NCBI GenBank assembly: GCA_002392285.1
Contig: DGGR01000007.1
Location: 1 to 30,759 of the forward strand
From: Verrucomicrobia bacterium UBA3869
GTDB lineage: Bacteria; Verrucomicrobiota; Verrucomicrobiia; Opitutales; UBA9783
Reading direction: 5' to 3'
Length of the DNA stretch: 30,759 nt
This document shows positions 1 to 8,759 of the stretch, one piece after another. Position numbers and translations under genes: made by a program. Numbering within the stretch: the stretch's first letter is position 1; every line of letters starts with the position of its first letter. The notes below the pieces were generated by a model that was given only the letters and a program-made list of their open reading frames with translations, was not told the origin of the DNA and made no database searches.

Positions 1-466
1 CGTTGAAGGCCATAACATTTGAGTTTTGGAGGGAACTCAACGGCTCTAAGGGTAAATCAATATGTAAAATGCGGTAAGGAATTTCCCAAGTTAGCAGCAA
101 CAACAGATAGCAATCGAACAAGCAGGTATAAAGCGTCGGCGGCAGTAAAATTTCATAACTACAATCATTGGGCGAACCCTGCTCAATTAATAAATTTTGT
201 AACCCATTTAACGCATTCCAATTTTCAGCGTAAGACGCAATATGTTCAATCGGTAATGAAAAAACCTTAATCTGCACATGGGGAAATTTCGCCTTAATGA
301 ATTGTTGCGTCGATAAAACGTTGAGCTTCCAAGGCTTTAACTCCAACAGTATAACTTCATCATAAGTATCCTGCTCCAAAGCGCACAATATAGAACCTTT
401 TATTCTCCGTTCGAGAGAAAGTTCAGGATCGTAATCACAAGGAATGGCCACCAATACTTGTTTCAT
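1..466 (-). CDS. hypothetical protein, 5' part only (gene continues past the left edge)
   Basis: Hand translation of the minus strand from the ATG (complement of 464-466) stays open for 155 codons to the window edge: MKQVLVAIPCDYDPELSLERRIKGSILCALEQDTYDEVILLELKPWKLNVLSTQQFIKAKFPHVQIKVFSLPIEHIASYAENWNALNGLQNLLIEQGSPNDCSYEILLPPTLYTCLFDCYLLLLLTWEIPYRILHIDLPLEPLSSLQNSNVMAFN. It is absent from the track only because its stop lies outside the window. No family recognised with confidence. Confidence 0.6.
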   Translation of the reverse strand, partial: MKQVLVAIPCDYDPELSLERRIKGSILCALEQDTYDEVILLELKPWKLNVLSTQQFIKAKFPHVQIKVFSLPIEHIASYAENWNALNGLQNLLIEQGSPNDCSYEILLPPTLYTCLFDCYLLLLLTWEIPYRILHIDLPLEPLSSLQNSNVMAFN

Positions 467-567
467 AGCAAAAAACAAATCAATAAAGTAATCATTCTGT
501 TACCTTTGTAAAACATAAAACAAATAAAATTTTGCCTTTAAATAGACATTCGTGATTTAATAAGTGT

Positions 568-1101
568 ATGTTTGTTGCCTGGTTAAGTGCCGGAATAATT
601 GCAATGGGGTTGTTTTGCCTGTGGACACGCGAATCCCACCTACCTATTTTCCGACGACTCCTGCGCAATGACCGATTGGGCAAGACTGTTTTTGGCTTAG
701 CAAGTATACTGTTTTTAATCAAAATCCTTCAATTGGGTGAAGCGGATTTTGGCCGGTATAAATTTTTACTGGTGCTCATTTTTGGATTTTCTTTATTAGG
801 ATGCGCGCTTTATTGGCAGGATTTCCTGATCGTGCGTGGAATGGTGGTTCTTGGATTAATGGGTATTCAAGCAGCATTGGATATCAATTTTGCAACCCCC
901 GACCTGGTTCGCCCCTGGATATCAGCTTATTTCTATCTATGGATTTTTTTGATGATATACGCAGGGGTTTGCCCTTACTGCGTACGTGATATTTTGCCGT
1001 ATCTCTATCAATCCAAGGCTTCCAAGATGAAATACTTGGGCATAACCCATTTAATGTACGGCGGGTTATTAATAACTCTAATGCTTTGCTGCCATGAATA
1101 A
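568..1101 (+). CDS. small integral membrane protein, unknown function
   Basis: The 177-aa ORF has about five long hydrophobic stretches (e.g. WLSAGIIAMGLFCLW, FLLVLIFGFSLLGCALYW, MVVLGLMGIQAAL, YFYLWIFLMIYAGV, LMYGGLLITLMLC). Its last 8 nt overlap the gmk start. The start codon is uncertain. Confidence 0.55.
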   Translation: MFVAWLSAGIIAMGLFCLWTRESHLPIFRRLLRNDRLGKTVFGLASILFLIKILQLGEADFGRYKFLLVLIFGFSLLGCALYWQDFLIVRGMVVLGLMGIQAALDINFATPDLVRPWISAYFYLWIFLMIYAGVCPYCVRDILPYLYQSKASKMKYLGITHLMYGGLLITLMLCCHE

Positions 1102-1669
1102 ATTACTGTTGGTATTAACAGGTCCTTCGGGAGTCGGAAAAACTACTTTGTGTACGCAATTTTTAAAAACTTATCCCAATGCAAAACGCGTCGTAACTTC
1201 AACCACACGCCCTCCTCGTTACATGGAACGGTATGGGGAAGATTATTGGTTTGAAACAGACGAATCGTTTAAGCAAAAACTAGAAGCTCATGAATTTTTG
1301 GAACATGCTCAAGTGTACCAATATCATTATGGGGTATCCCTCAAAGCAATTACGGGGTATAATGACCGCGACCTGATTATTTGCCTAGATGTACAGGGAG
1401 CACAAACCTTCCGTACAACCTACCATGAGAAAAATTTAGGGCATCGTCTGGTTATTGTTTTTGTTACACCCCCAACATTAGAGGAATTGGAAAAACGCAT
1501 TAAGCATCGGGGAACCGATAATGAACGGACGATCCGAACCCGTCTTGAAACCGCGAAGAAGGAACAGAGTGTTGCATCTTCGTTCGATTACTGTCTATAC
1601 AGCGGGACTCAAGATCAGGATTTCCTGAACCTCCAGCACATTTATGAGGCGGAAAAAATGCGTAGTTAG
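1094..1669 (+). CDS. gmk: guanylate kinase
   Basis: P-loop LTGPSGVGKTTL at the N-terminus, about 190 aa, and the TTRPPR motif typical of guanylate kinases. Confidence 0.9.
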   Translation: MNKLLLVLTGPSGVGKTTLCTQFLKTYPNAKRVVTSTTRPPRYMERYGEDYWFETDESFKQKLEAHEFLEHAQVYQYHYGVSLKAITGYNDRDLIICLDVQGAQTFRTTYHEKNLGHRLVIVFVTPPTLEELEKRIKHRGTDNERTIRTRLETAKKEQSVASSFDYCLYSGTQDQDFLNLQHIYEAEKMRS

Positions 1670-2073
1670 GCAACGAATTCAAGTGGAATCTCCTTTGCAC
1701 TAACCGGGGCTTCAAACTGTAACAAATGGTAGTAGGCGAGGCATAATTCACCCAAAGCTGCATCGCGTGAGCAAGTTAACAATACCTGTCCATTTTCTTT
1801 GATAATGCAACGACCCTGTTCATCAATTTCAAGATTCAAGGTGGATTTTGCATCCGAACGAAATTCACTTAGCAAAGGATTATTATGGATATCCGTTAAA
1901 ATGGAAGTCTTCATTTCCTGCATAACTTTCTGCAAACAGCCTTTCTTGGCCAAATTATCCATAATAGGCTTAAAATGGAATGCTCCCTTTTGGTCGCTTT
2001 TTGCGCGACGTATGGCTTGTTCTAAAAAGGGTACTCCTATATCGGACAGACTTCTAATAGCTAATTTATGCAT
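1666..2073 (-). CDS. hypothetical protein (135 aa)
   Basis: Clean ORF filling the gap between gmk and rsmG. It has no recognisable motif. Its stop codon overlaps the gmk stop (TTAG at 1666-1669). Confidence 0.5.
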   Translation of the reverse strand: MHKLAIRSLSDIGVPFLEQAIRRAKSDQKGAFHFKPIMDNLAKKGCLQKVMQEMKTSILTDIHNNPLLSEFRSDAKSTLNLEIDEQGRCIIKENGQVLLTCSRDAALGELCLAYYHLLQFEAPVSAKEIPLEFVA

Positions 2074-2241
2074 GGGAACTTTATTACAGCATAAATCATG
2101 CCGTTTTTAATAAAACACACCCTATTTTGCGTGCGAATAACCGCTATTTATGGCTATAGAGGCTAAATATTGCTAATTGTGTAATTTTTTCTAAAAAATT
2201 ATCAATAGGCAACGTTTACCGGTTCAAAAGCGGAAAATTTT

Positions 2242-2862
2242 TCAATCATGGAAAGCTTTTCCTGCTTGATAGTGAAAAATTTTCTTAGTTTGCGCGTATT
2301 GTCCCTTAAAGAATTGCTCTAAATCAAGGATAGTTGTGGATTTTGCGACCATTTTGTCATCTATGAAAAAATTTCCACCTGACCAATACACAACCCTGCC
2401 TAGTCTTTTACCCAAGTGTGGTTTAGCTAACGATATAAAATCGGCAAACGCAGTTACTCCGCGCCCGACACAAGCATCGCCGACCCACTTTAATTGCTCG
2501 GAACGCTCACATACCAGCTGAACGTTTTTCAAGTGTAAGTCTCGTACAATAGCCTCAACCGCTCGCATTTTTTTATGAATCGAATCCATCAGCGTAAACG
2601 ATGTATCAGGAAATAAAATAGCCAAAGGAATACCTGGGATACCCCCGCCGGTGCCGATATCTAAAACCGTACGCATTGCAGGGTCCAAAAAACCTTGAGC
2701 TGGTAAAATCGGCAAGATATGGCGCTCAAAGGTATGTTCTGGGGCAACACGGGATATTAAGTTAATTTTTTGGTTCCACTCCAAAAGCAACTGTTCGTAA
2801 TGGAACAGCTTTTGCCATTGCTCACTAGTAATGCTGGGCAAAAATGCCTGGTAGGGATTCAT
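2242..2862 (-). CDS. rsmG: 16S rRNA (guanine527-N7)-methyltransferase RsmG/GidB
   Basis: LLLEWNQKINLISR near the N-terminus and the SAM-binding VLDIGTGGGIPGIPLAI motif; 206 aa. Confidence 0.9.
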   Translation of the reverse strand: MNPYQAFLPSITSEQWQKLFHYEQLLLEWNQKINLISRVAPEHTFERHILPILPAQGFLDPAMRTVLDIGTGGGIPGIPLAILFPDTSFTLMDSIHKKMRAVEAIVRDLHLKNVQLVCERSEQLKWVGDACVGRGVTAFADFISLAKPHLGKRLGRVVYWSGGNFFIDDKMVAKSTTILDLEQFFKGQYAQTKKIFHYQAGKAFHD

Positions 2863-2914
2863 ATTTGGTTTGTATTAAGCCTCAAACTTCGCTTTAATGC
2901 AACTTGACTAACAT

Positions 2915-2939
2915 AAAAAAAGCGCCTTTTTTAGGCGCT
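2915..2939 (-). terminator. rho-independent terminator-like hairpin, functional only on the minus strand
   Basis: A perfect 7-bp stem, agcgcct (2921-2927) with aggcgct (2933-2939), and a 5-nt loop. On the minus strand it is followed by a T6-7 run (complement of the A run at 2915-2921). On the plus strand it is followed by AAAAA, so it would not terminate in that direction. Confidence 0.55.
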
Positions 2940-3051
2940 AAAAATGAGAAATAAAAAATGAAGTGAATAAATTTTTTTGGGTATCAATAAGTAAGACAGC
3001 GATTTTTCACAAACGTTCATTGTTTTTTGAAAATAATAAAAATTTTCCCTT

Positions 3052-3873
3052 ATGCATATTTCTTTGACCTCTCTTCAAGTAGGATGGCTTATAGGCGTTG
3101 GGATTTGCACGCTAGGAGGAACGTTCTTTTTTATTAGGGAATGGACTAAACGAAAGCCCCTGAGTCCTTTGGCACCACTCCAGATGCATTGGATAAAAAT
3201 TATTGGGTGCGGATTAATGTTTGTTGTGGTTCCATTGGGAATCCATTGTGTGTTCAAATTCATCTTACATGCACCCAACAAAGGTAATTGGGTTTATGGG
3301 TATTCCTTTTTAACCGAATGCATTTTGGCGCTATTTTTCCTAAAAATCATGCGTCAGCGTGCGTTCACCATGAATACCAATCGGTATAAACTATCCCATA
3401 TAGGTCTTACAATCCACGGATTTTTGCAATTATTGCCCATCGTTATCTTTAGCATGATAGGGTGGGGAATCGTGCTGTATATACTCAAACGCTTAGGGTT
3501 ACCGATTCATATCGACCCACAGCCAGTCGTCCAATTGCTATTAATCCATAATCCTACGCCCTTTAGTATGGTAGCCATTATCCTAACCATCGGGGTATTT
3601 GCTCCTATTTGCGAAGAAGTTTTTTTCCGAGGTATTCTGTTACGTTTTTTCAGCCGTTTTGCATCGTTTAAGCTCAGCCTGTGGGCCGATGCCTTCATTT
3701 TTGCCCTGGTACATCACCATCTAACAACCTTTGTGCCGCTTATGTTATTAGGATACTATTTCTGCAAATACTACGCACGCGGAAGAAATTTGTGGGTTAA
3801 TATAGGGATGCATGCTTTATTCAACCTAGGGAATTTGGCAAATATTTTCATCCTAAAATCGCTTGTCCTATGA
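3052..3873 (+). CDS. CPBP family (CAAX-type) intramembrane glutamic endopeptidase
   Basis: Polytopic membrane protein with the family motifs EEVFFRG, FALVHH and GMHALFN in the C-terminal half. Confidence 0.8.
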   Translation: MHISLTSLQVGWLIGVGICTLGGTFFFIREWTKRKPLSPLAPLQMHWIKIIGCGLMFVVVPLGIHCVFKFILHAPNKGNWVYGYSFLTECILALFFLKIMRQRAFTMNTNRYKLSHIGLTIHGFLQLLPIVIFSMIGWGIVLYILKRLGLPIHIDPQPVVQLLLIHNPTPFSMVAIILTIGVFAPICEEVFFRGILLRFFSRFASFKLSLWADAFIFALVHHHLTTFVPLMLLGYYFCKYYARGRNLWVNIGMHALFNLGNLANIFILKSLVL

Positions 3874-4268
3874 AACAGGAATGGAAGCTTTCCTGTGAAT
3901 CAGATTTAGAAACTGTCGCGCAAACGATTGCGGAACAAGCGGGAGAACAGTATTGTATCGCGCTGCATGGGGATTTGGGCAGCGGGAAGACCACCTTTGT
4001 TAAGCATTTGGCGCGTGTTTGGGGCATTGCCGATGTTAAAAGCCCCTCATACGATATTATGCACGTACATCAGGGAATGAGAACCCTCATTCATATCGAT
4101 GCCTATCGTTTAAAAGGGAAAAGCGAACTTTTTTTGGATGACGTATGCAAACCTCCGTTTTGTTTAGCGGTTGAATGGCCTGAGTACTTATCGTTAAGCA
4201 TTCCCTTTGATATCCACTTGCACTTCACCATCAAAAACGTCACAGAACGATGGATTCAAGCAACTTAA
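3870..4268 (+). CDS. tsaE: tRNA threonylcarbamoyladenosine biosynthesis ATPase TsaE
   Basis: 132 aa with LHGDLGSGKTTFVK Walker A and a downstream HIDAYRL motif. ATGA overlap with the upstream CPBP gene. Confidence 0.85.
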   Translation: MKQEWKLSCESDLETVAQTIAEQAGEQYCIALHGDLGSGKTTFVKHLARVWGIADVKSPSYDIMHVHQGMRTLIHIDAYRLKGKSELFLDDVCKPPFCLAVEWPEYLSLSIPFDIHLHFTIKNVTERWIQAT

Positions 4269-4774
4269 CAGTTTTATACCCTGCGCCGATTGGGGTGCTT
4301 CAATTAGAAGTGAACGAACAGGGAGCGTTAACGCGTATTCAATGGCAGCCGCCGGTACGGTTAATTCCAAAAGCTCTACCTATGTGGCATTCCGACCAAC
4401 ACAGTTTTTCAGCAGGCAGTTATGCATCGGATGTACTCAAAAAACTCTGTGAGCAATTGGATGCCTACTTTTTGGGCAGCCGTACTCCATTTACTCTGCC
4501 CATTGCTTATGAAGGCAGCGCGTTTGAACAAGCAGTGTGGAAGGCATTAACCTTAATTCCTTACGGAACAGTTCGAACTTACAAACAAATCGCGTTACAG
4601 TGTGGCCACCCCCAAGCGGTACGCGCGGTAGGACAAGCGTTACATCGAAATCCATTGCTGATTGTTATCCCCTGCCATCGGGTTATTGCTTCTAATGGGA
4701 CACTAGGCGGATTTGCATGCGGAGTGGCGGTTAAACAGTTTTTGTTGCGCCTAGAGGGAGTAACGTTGTTTTAG
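4250..4774 (+). CDS. ogt: methylated-DNA--protein-cysteine methyltransferase
   Basis: Active-site IPCHRVI motif with a YGTVRTYKQIA helix-turn-helix region upstream. 19-nt overlap with tsaE. Confidence 0.85.
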   Translation: MDSSNLTVLYPAPIGVLQLEVNEQGALTRIQWQPPVRLIPKALPMWHSDQHSFSAGSYASDVLKKLCEQLDAYFLGSRTPFTLPIAYEGSAFEQAVWKALTLIPYGTVRTYKQIALQCGHPQAVRAVGQALHRNPLLIVIPCHRVIASNGTLGGFACGVAVKQFLLRLEGVTLF

Positions 4775-4782
4775 CTCTAAAA

Positions 4783-6204
4783 TTAAAGGGGTTCTATCCG
4801 ATACCCTTGAGCATTATCTAAGACACGCCATCCCTTATCCATCAATGCTTTTCGAAGGTTGTCTGCAGCTTGATAGTCGCCGGAACACTTACACTGCCAA
4901 CGTTTTTCAGCAAGTTCCTGAATATCAGCTGGAATACTAATACGTTGTTCAACGGGTTGAATACCTAACGCATATAACACGGCAAGCCATTCAGGGAATA
5001 CCGTTTTCGCTTCATCCAACGATAACTGAGGATGTTGTCCCATAAACGAAAACAAGCAACCTAAGGCTTTTGGGGTATTTAGATCGTCATGCAGCAACGC
5101 ATCAAAAAACGGCTGAAGCCATTGCAGATGATCCGGCAAAGTTGCTTGTTGAAGCAAGGCAGGTAGGTTAGCAAAATCAACACTCAATTGCTTACATAAT
5201 GTCTGAGTGTACGCATAGATTTTGTGCAACGCGCTTTGTGCAGCATTCAAATTTTCGAAAGTAAAATTCAACGGCTTACGGTAATGCCCTGCGATTAAGG
5301 CATAACGAACGGTTGATGGCTCATAATGCTGCTCCTGAAGTGAATCTAGAGTATATAAATTCCCCAGTTTTTTGGACATTTTTTGCCCATTTACCCGCAG
5401 GTGAGCAATATGCAGCCAATGCTTAACGAAAGGCACTTTGTAAGCCGATTCGAACTGAGCAATTTCATTTTCGTGGTGAGGGAAAACCAAATCCACTCCG
5501 CCGCTATGCACATCCAATGTTCCACCTAAATACCGATGGGTCATTGCGCTGCATTCCGTATGCCATCCAGGGCGTCCGCGTCCCCAAGGGCTATTCCAGG
5601 CAACCGTACCATCTTCAGGCTTATAGGCCTTCCAAAGCGCAAAGTCGGCTATTTGATCGCGTTCATACTCATCAGCATCATTCGCTTGCTCCGCGCTATT
5701 CAGATCCTGAGTTTGTAATTCGCGCTCATTTAAATGCGAAAGTTTACCGTAATCCTTGCAGGCTGAAATGCGGAAGTAAACAGAGCCGTTACGTGCATAA
5801 GCATATCCATTATCCATCAACAATTGAATCAGCGCTAATTGATCATCAATGGTCTCGGTCGCTTTGGGTTCAACTGTAGGAGGTAATAAATTTAAACGCT
5901 CGCAATCGTTATGGAAGCGTTGAGTCCAATACGTGGTAAATTCCTGCAAACTCTGATTGTTTTGACGAGCGCCGCGAATAGTTTTGTCATCCACATCTGT
6001 AATATTGCGCACATAGCAAACATTTACCTTAAGAAGCTTCAATAACCGTACCAACACATCTTGTACGACATAAGTCCTAAAATTACCGATGTGAGCGGGT
6101 CCATAGACGGTTGGTCCACAGCAATAGGTTTTAAACGGTTTTTGGGGTTCCAAAACAATAGCTTCGCACTGACGAGATTGGGTATTAAATAAATTCAGTT
6201 CCAT
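4783..6204 (-). CDS. cysS: cysteine--tRNA ligase
   Basis: Class I signatures HIGN (GPAHIGNFRTY) and KMSKKLGN, plus the zinc-site WHTECS motif; 473 aa. Confidence 0.95.
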   Translation of the reverse strand: MELNLFNTQSRQCEAIVLEPQKPFKTYCCGPTVYGPAHIGNFRTYVVQDVLVRLLKLLKVNVCYVRNITDVDDKTIRGARQNNQSLQEFTTYWTQRFHNDCERLNLLPPTVEPKATETIDDQLALIQLLMDNGYAYARNGSVYFRISACKDYGKLSHLNERELQTQDLNSAEQANDADEYERDQIADFALWKAYKPEDGTVAWNSPWGRGRPGWHTECSAMTHRYLGGTLDVHSGGVDLVFPHHENEIAQFESAYKVPFVKHWLHIAHLRVNGQKMSKKLGNLYTLDSLQEQHYEPSTVRYALIAGHYRKPLNFTFENLNAAQSALHKIYAYTQTLCKQLSVDFANLPALLQQATLPDHLQWLQPFFDALLHDDLNTPKALGCLFSFMGQHPQLSLDEAKTVFPEWLAVLYALGIQPVEQRISIPADIQELAEKRWQCKCSGDYQAADNLRKALMDKGWRVLDNAQGYRIEPL

Positions 6205-8759
6205 TATTTAGCCCCAGCAGTTGTTGTTCGACGCGTTAACTTCGATACTTTGAACTCCAATCCGTCAGAACCTTTACGTTTATACAGGGTAACCGTTTGA
6301 TTGGGGTGAATGTGCCCCATTAATAGCCCATCTGCCAATCGATTCCCTACATGGAATTCAATTGCATGCTTCAACGGACGCGCACCCATCTTTTCATTAA
6401 ATCCTTTTTCGATTAAAAATGCTTTAACCGACCCATCCCATTTTAACTGAATATGTTTATCTGCCAAGCGCTTCCGTACGTTTTCCAGTTCTAATTGGAC
6501 AATGGTATTCATATCTTCGCGCGCCAATGGATGGAACACAACCACTTCATCGATACGATTTAAAAATTCCGGCTTAAAAGTTGTTTTTGCCGCATCCATC
6601 ACCAAGGATTTAAGCTGTTCAAAAGCTCTATTCGAATCTTCAATGGCAAATCCAAGCCCTGAATCCCGTTGAATACTCTGCGCACCCACGTTGGAAGTCA
6701 TCACCAAAATAGTGTTTTTGAAATCTACACGGCGTCCCGCTGTATCCGTTAAATGGCCTTCCTCCAATACCTGCAACAACAATTGGATGACATCTGGGTG
6801 TGCCTTCTCAATTTCATCTAGCAGTACAATAGAGTAGGGTTTGCGGCGTACGGCTTCGGTTAACTGCCCACCATTTTCATAACCAACATAACCTGGAGGC
6901 GAACCAATTAAGCGCGAAACCGTATGTTTTTCCATGTATTCCGACATATCGAGTTGGATAACCGCATCACGATTACCAAAAACCTCTTCGGCAATTAATT
7001 TAACCAAGTAGGTTTTGCCAACCCCAGTTGGGCCTAAGAACAGGAACGAACCATTTGGGCATGCAGGATTTTTTAAATCCGTACGGGAACGTTTTAAAAT
7101 TTGAGCAATCGCGCTCACCGCTTCTTTTTGACCAATAATCAGCTTGTTTAACCGCTGTTCTATCTGCATGTAGTGGTGAAGAGCTCGGTGTTCTATTTTT
7201 TCAATCGGAATCCCGGTCCAATCAAAAATAATCTTTTGTAGGGTGTTTTCTTTAACCGACAAACGCTTACTGGATATCTTTTTCTTCCAATCCTCCAACA
7301 ATTGTTCGCGTTTTTTTCGCAATTTCTGCTCTTCATTGCGCCAATTGACTGCTTCTTCAAAACTCTGGCGATTAATCGCAAGGGATTTTTGGGCACGCGC
7401 TACCTGAATTGCCTGGTCTAAGTTGTCTACCGATGGCAATTGGCGTTTTTGGTCAATCCGTGTGCGCGAACCTGCTTCATCCATCAAATCGATGGCTTTA
7501 TCAGGGAAATAACGATTGGGGATATAACGCTGTGTTAATTGTACCGCTTGGTTTAAAATCGCATCGGAATAAGTAACGTTGTGGAACGCTTCATAACGGT
7601 CTTTAATACCGCGTAAAATTTCAACGGTTTCCGAGCAGGAAGGCTGCTCCATAATAATCATTTGAAAACGACGGCTTAAAGCGCTGTCTTTCTCAATATA
7701 CATACGATATTCGTTCAACGTCGTGGCACCAATGCATTGCAATTGCCCACGCGCTAAAGCAGGTTTGAGGATATTGGAAACATCCATAGACCCTTCGGCA
7801 GAACCAGCACCCACAATGGTATGCAATTCATCCAAAAACAAAATGACCGATGACCGTTGAACTTCAACCAGTAAGCGTTTAATCCGTTCTTCAAACTGTC
7901 CTCTGTATTTCGTTCCCGATAACAACAGAGCCAAATCTAAATTAATAACCCTTTTATCCAGCAGGATATCAGGAACCTGTTGGCGTATAATACGTTGCGC
8001 CAGCCCTTCAACCACCGCTGTTTTCCCAATACCAGCTTCCCCAATTAACACCGGATTGTTCTTAGTACGACGGCATAAGATTTGAACCAATCGATCCAAT
8101 TCCTTTTCGCGTCCAACCACAGGATCTAATTCATCATTGCGCGCTTTTCGCGTTAAATCCTGACCAAAGGATTCCAAAACACTATTAGAGGATGTTCCGT
8201 TAGGGGTTAGGGATACCGTAGGTTGCTCTTCATTTTCTTCCGTTTCATCATCTCCATCGTTATTCGCAAAAATATCTTCGTCATCATCCTCATCATCCCC
8301 ATCGTTTTCAGAGTTTAACTCGAGCAGGATTTGCCGACGATACGTATTCAAATCAACGTTAAAGGAATGCAGTAAGTCAATACCCAACCCTTGTCCGACT
8401 TCCAGCAATCCCAACAACAAGTGTTCGGTACCAATATAGATATGATGGAACTGCTGAGCTAATGACTGAGCTGATTGAAAAATCTTACGGATGCACGGTG
8501 TTTCGGCAACACATTGCGTTGAAGATACCGGAACCGTATACGTTTTGGAGTCTTCTTGCATCTTGTTCCATAAACAGGAACGTATTTGGGTAGTATCAAC
8601 TCCCATACGTTGCAATAACTTTACGGCAATACTTTGCTCAACATTTAAAAGTCCCAACAGCAAATGGTCACTGCCGACATGCGTTTGTTGCAAATCAGAC
8701 GCTAATTGTTTAGCGATTGCAATTACTCGAACGGCTCTTGGGGTAAATTTACTTGGCAT
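6204..8759 (-). CDS. clpC: ATP-dependent Clp protease ATP-binding subunit ClpC (class I AAA+)
   Basis: Two Clp_N repeats (HLLLGLL twice), Walker A motifs GEAGIGKT and GPTGVGKT, and a short coiled middle domain ([17 protein letters not shown]); 851 aa. Confidence 0.9.
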   Translation of the reverse strand: MPSKFTPRAVRVIAIAKQLASDLQQTHVGSDHLLLGLLNVEQSIAVKLLQRMGVDTTQIRSCLWNKMQEDSKTYTVPVSSTQCVAETPCIRKIFQSAQSLAQQFHHIYIGTEHLLLGLLEVGQGLGIDLLHSFNVDLNTYRRQILLELNSENDGDDEDDDEDIFANNDGDDETEENEEQPTVSLTPNGTSSNSVLESFGQDLTRKARNDELDPVVGREKELDRLVQILCRRTKNNPVLIGEAGIGKTAVVEGLAQRIIRQQVPDILLDKRVINLDLALLLSGTKYRGQFEERIKRLLVEVQRSSVILFLDELHTIVGAGSAEGSMDVSNILKPALARGQLQCIGATTLNEYRMYIEKDSALSRRFQMIIMEQPSCSETVEILRGIKDRYEAFHNVTYSDAILNQAVQLTQRYIPNRYFPDKAIDLMDEAGSRTRIDQKRQLPSVDNLDQAIQVARAQKSLAINRQSFEEAVNWRNEEQKLRKKREQLLEDWKKKISSKRLSVKENTLQKIIFDWTGIPIEKIEHRALHHYMQIEQRLNKLIIGQKEAVSAIAQILKRSRTDLKNPACPNGSFLFLGPTGVGKTYLVKLIAEEVFGNRDAVIQLDMSEYMEKHTVSRLIGSPPGYVGYENGGQLTEAVRRKPYSIVLLDEIEKAHPDVIQLLLQVLEEGHLTDTAGRRVDFKNTILVMTSNVGAQSIQRDSGLGFAIEDSNRAFEQLKSLVMDAAKTTFKPEFLNRIDEVVVFHPLAREDMNTIVQLELENVRKRLADKHIQLKWDGSVKAFLIEKGFNEKMGARPLKHAIEFHVGNRLADGLLMGHIHPNQTVTLYKRKGSDGLEFKVSKLTRRTTTAGAK

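Noticed and set aside
19-270. 83-aa plus-strand ORF at the left edge
   Set aside because: It lies antisense to a longer uninterrupted minus-strand frame (1-466) that has a proper ATG. I treat it as a shadow ORF.
5517-5879. Antisense ORFs of 60-140 aa inside cysS, clpC/mcsB (8491-8853), the RND pump (19964-20386, 20732-21463, 22313-22570), rmuC, ftsY and others
   Set aside because: All are embedded opposite long, motif-supported genes and have low-complexity or Arg/Ser/Cys-rich translations. They are typical shadow ORFs.
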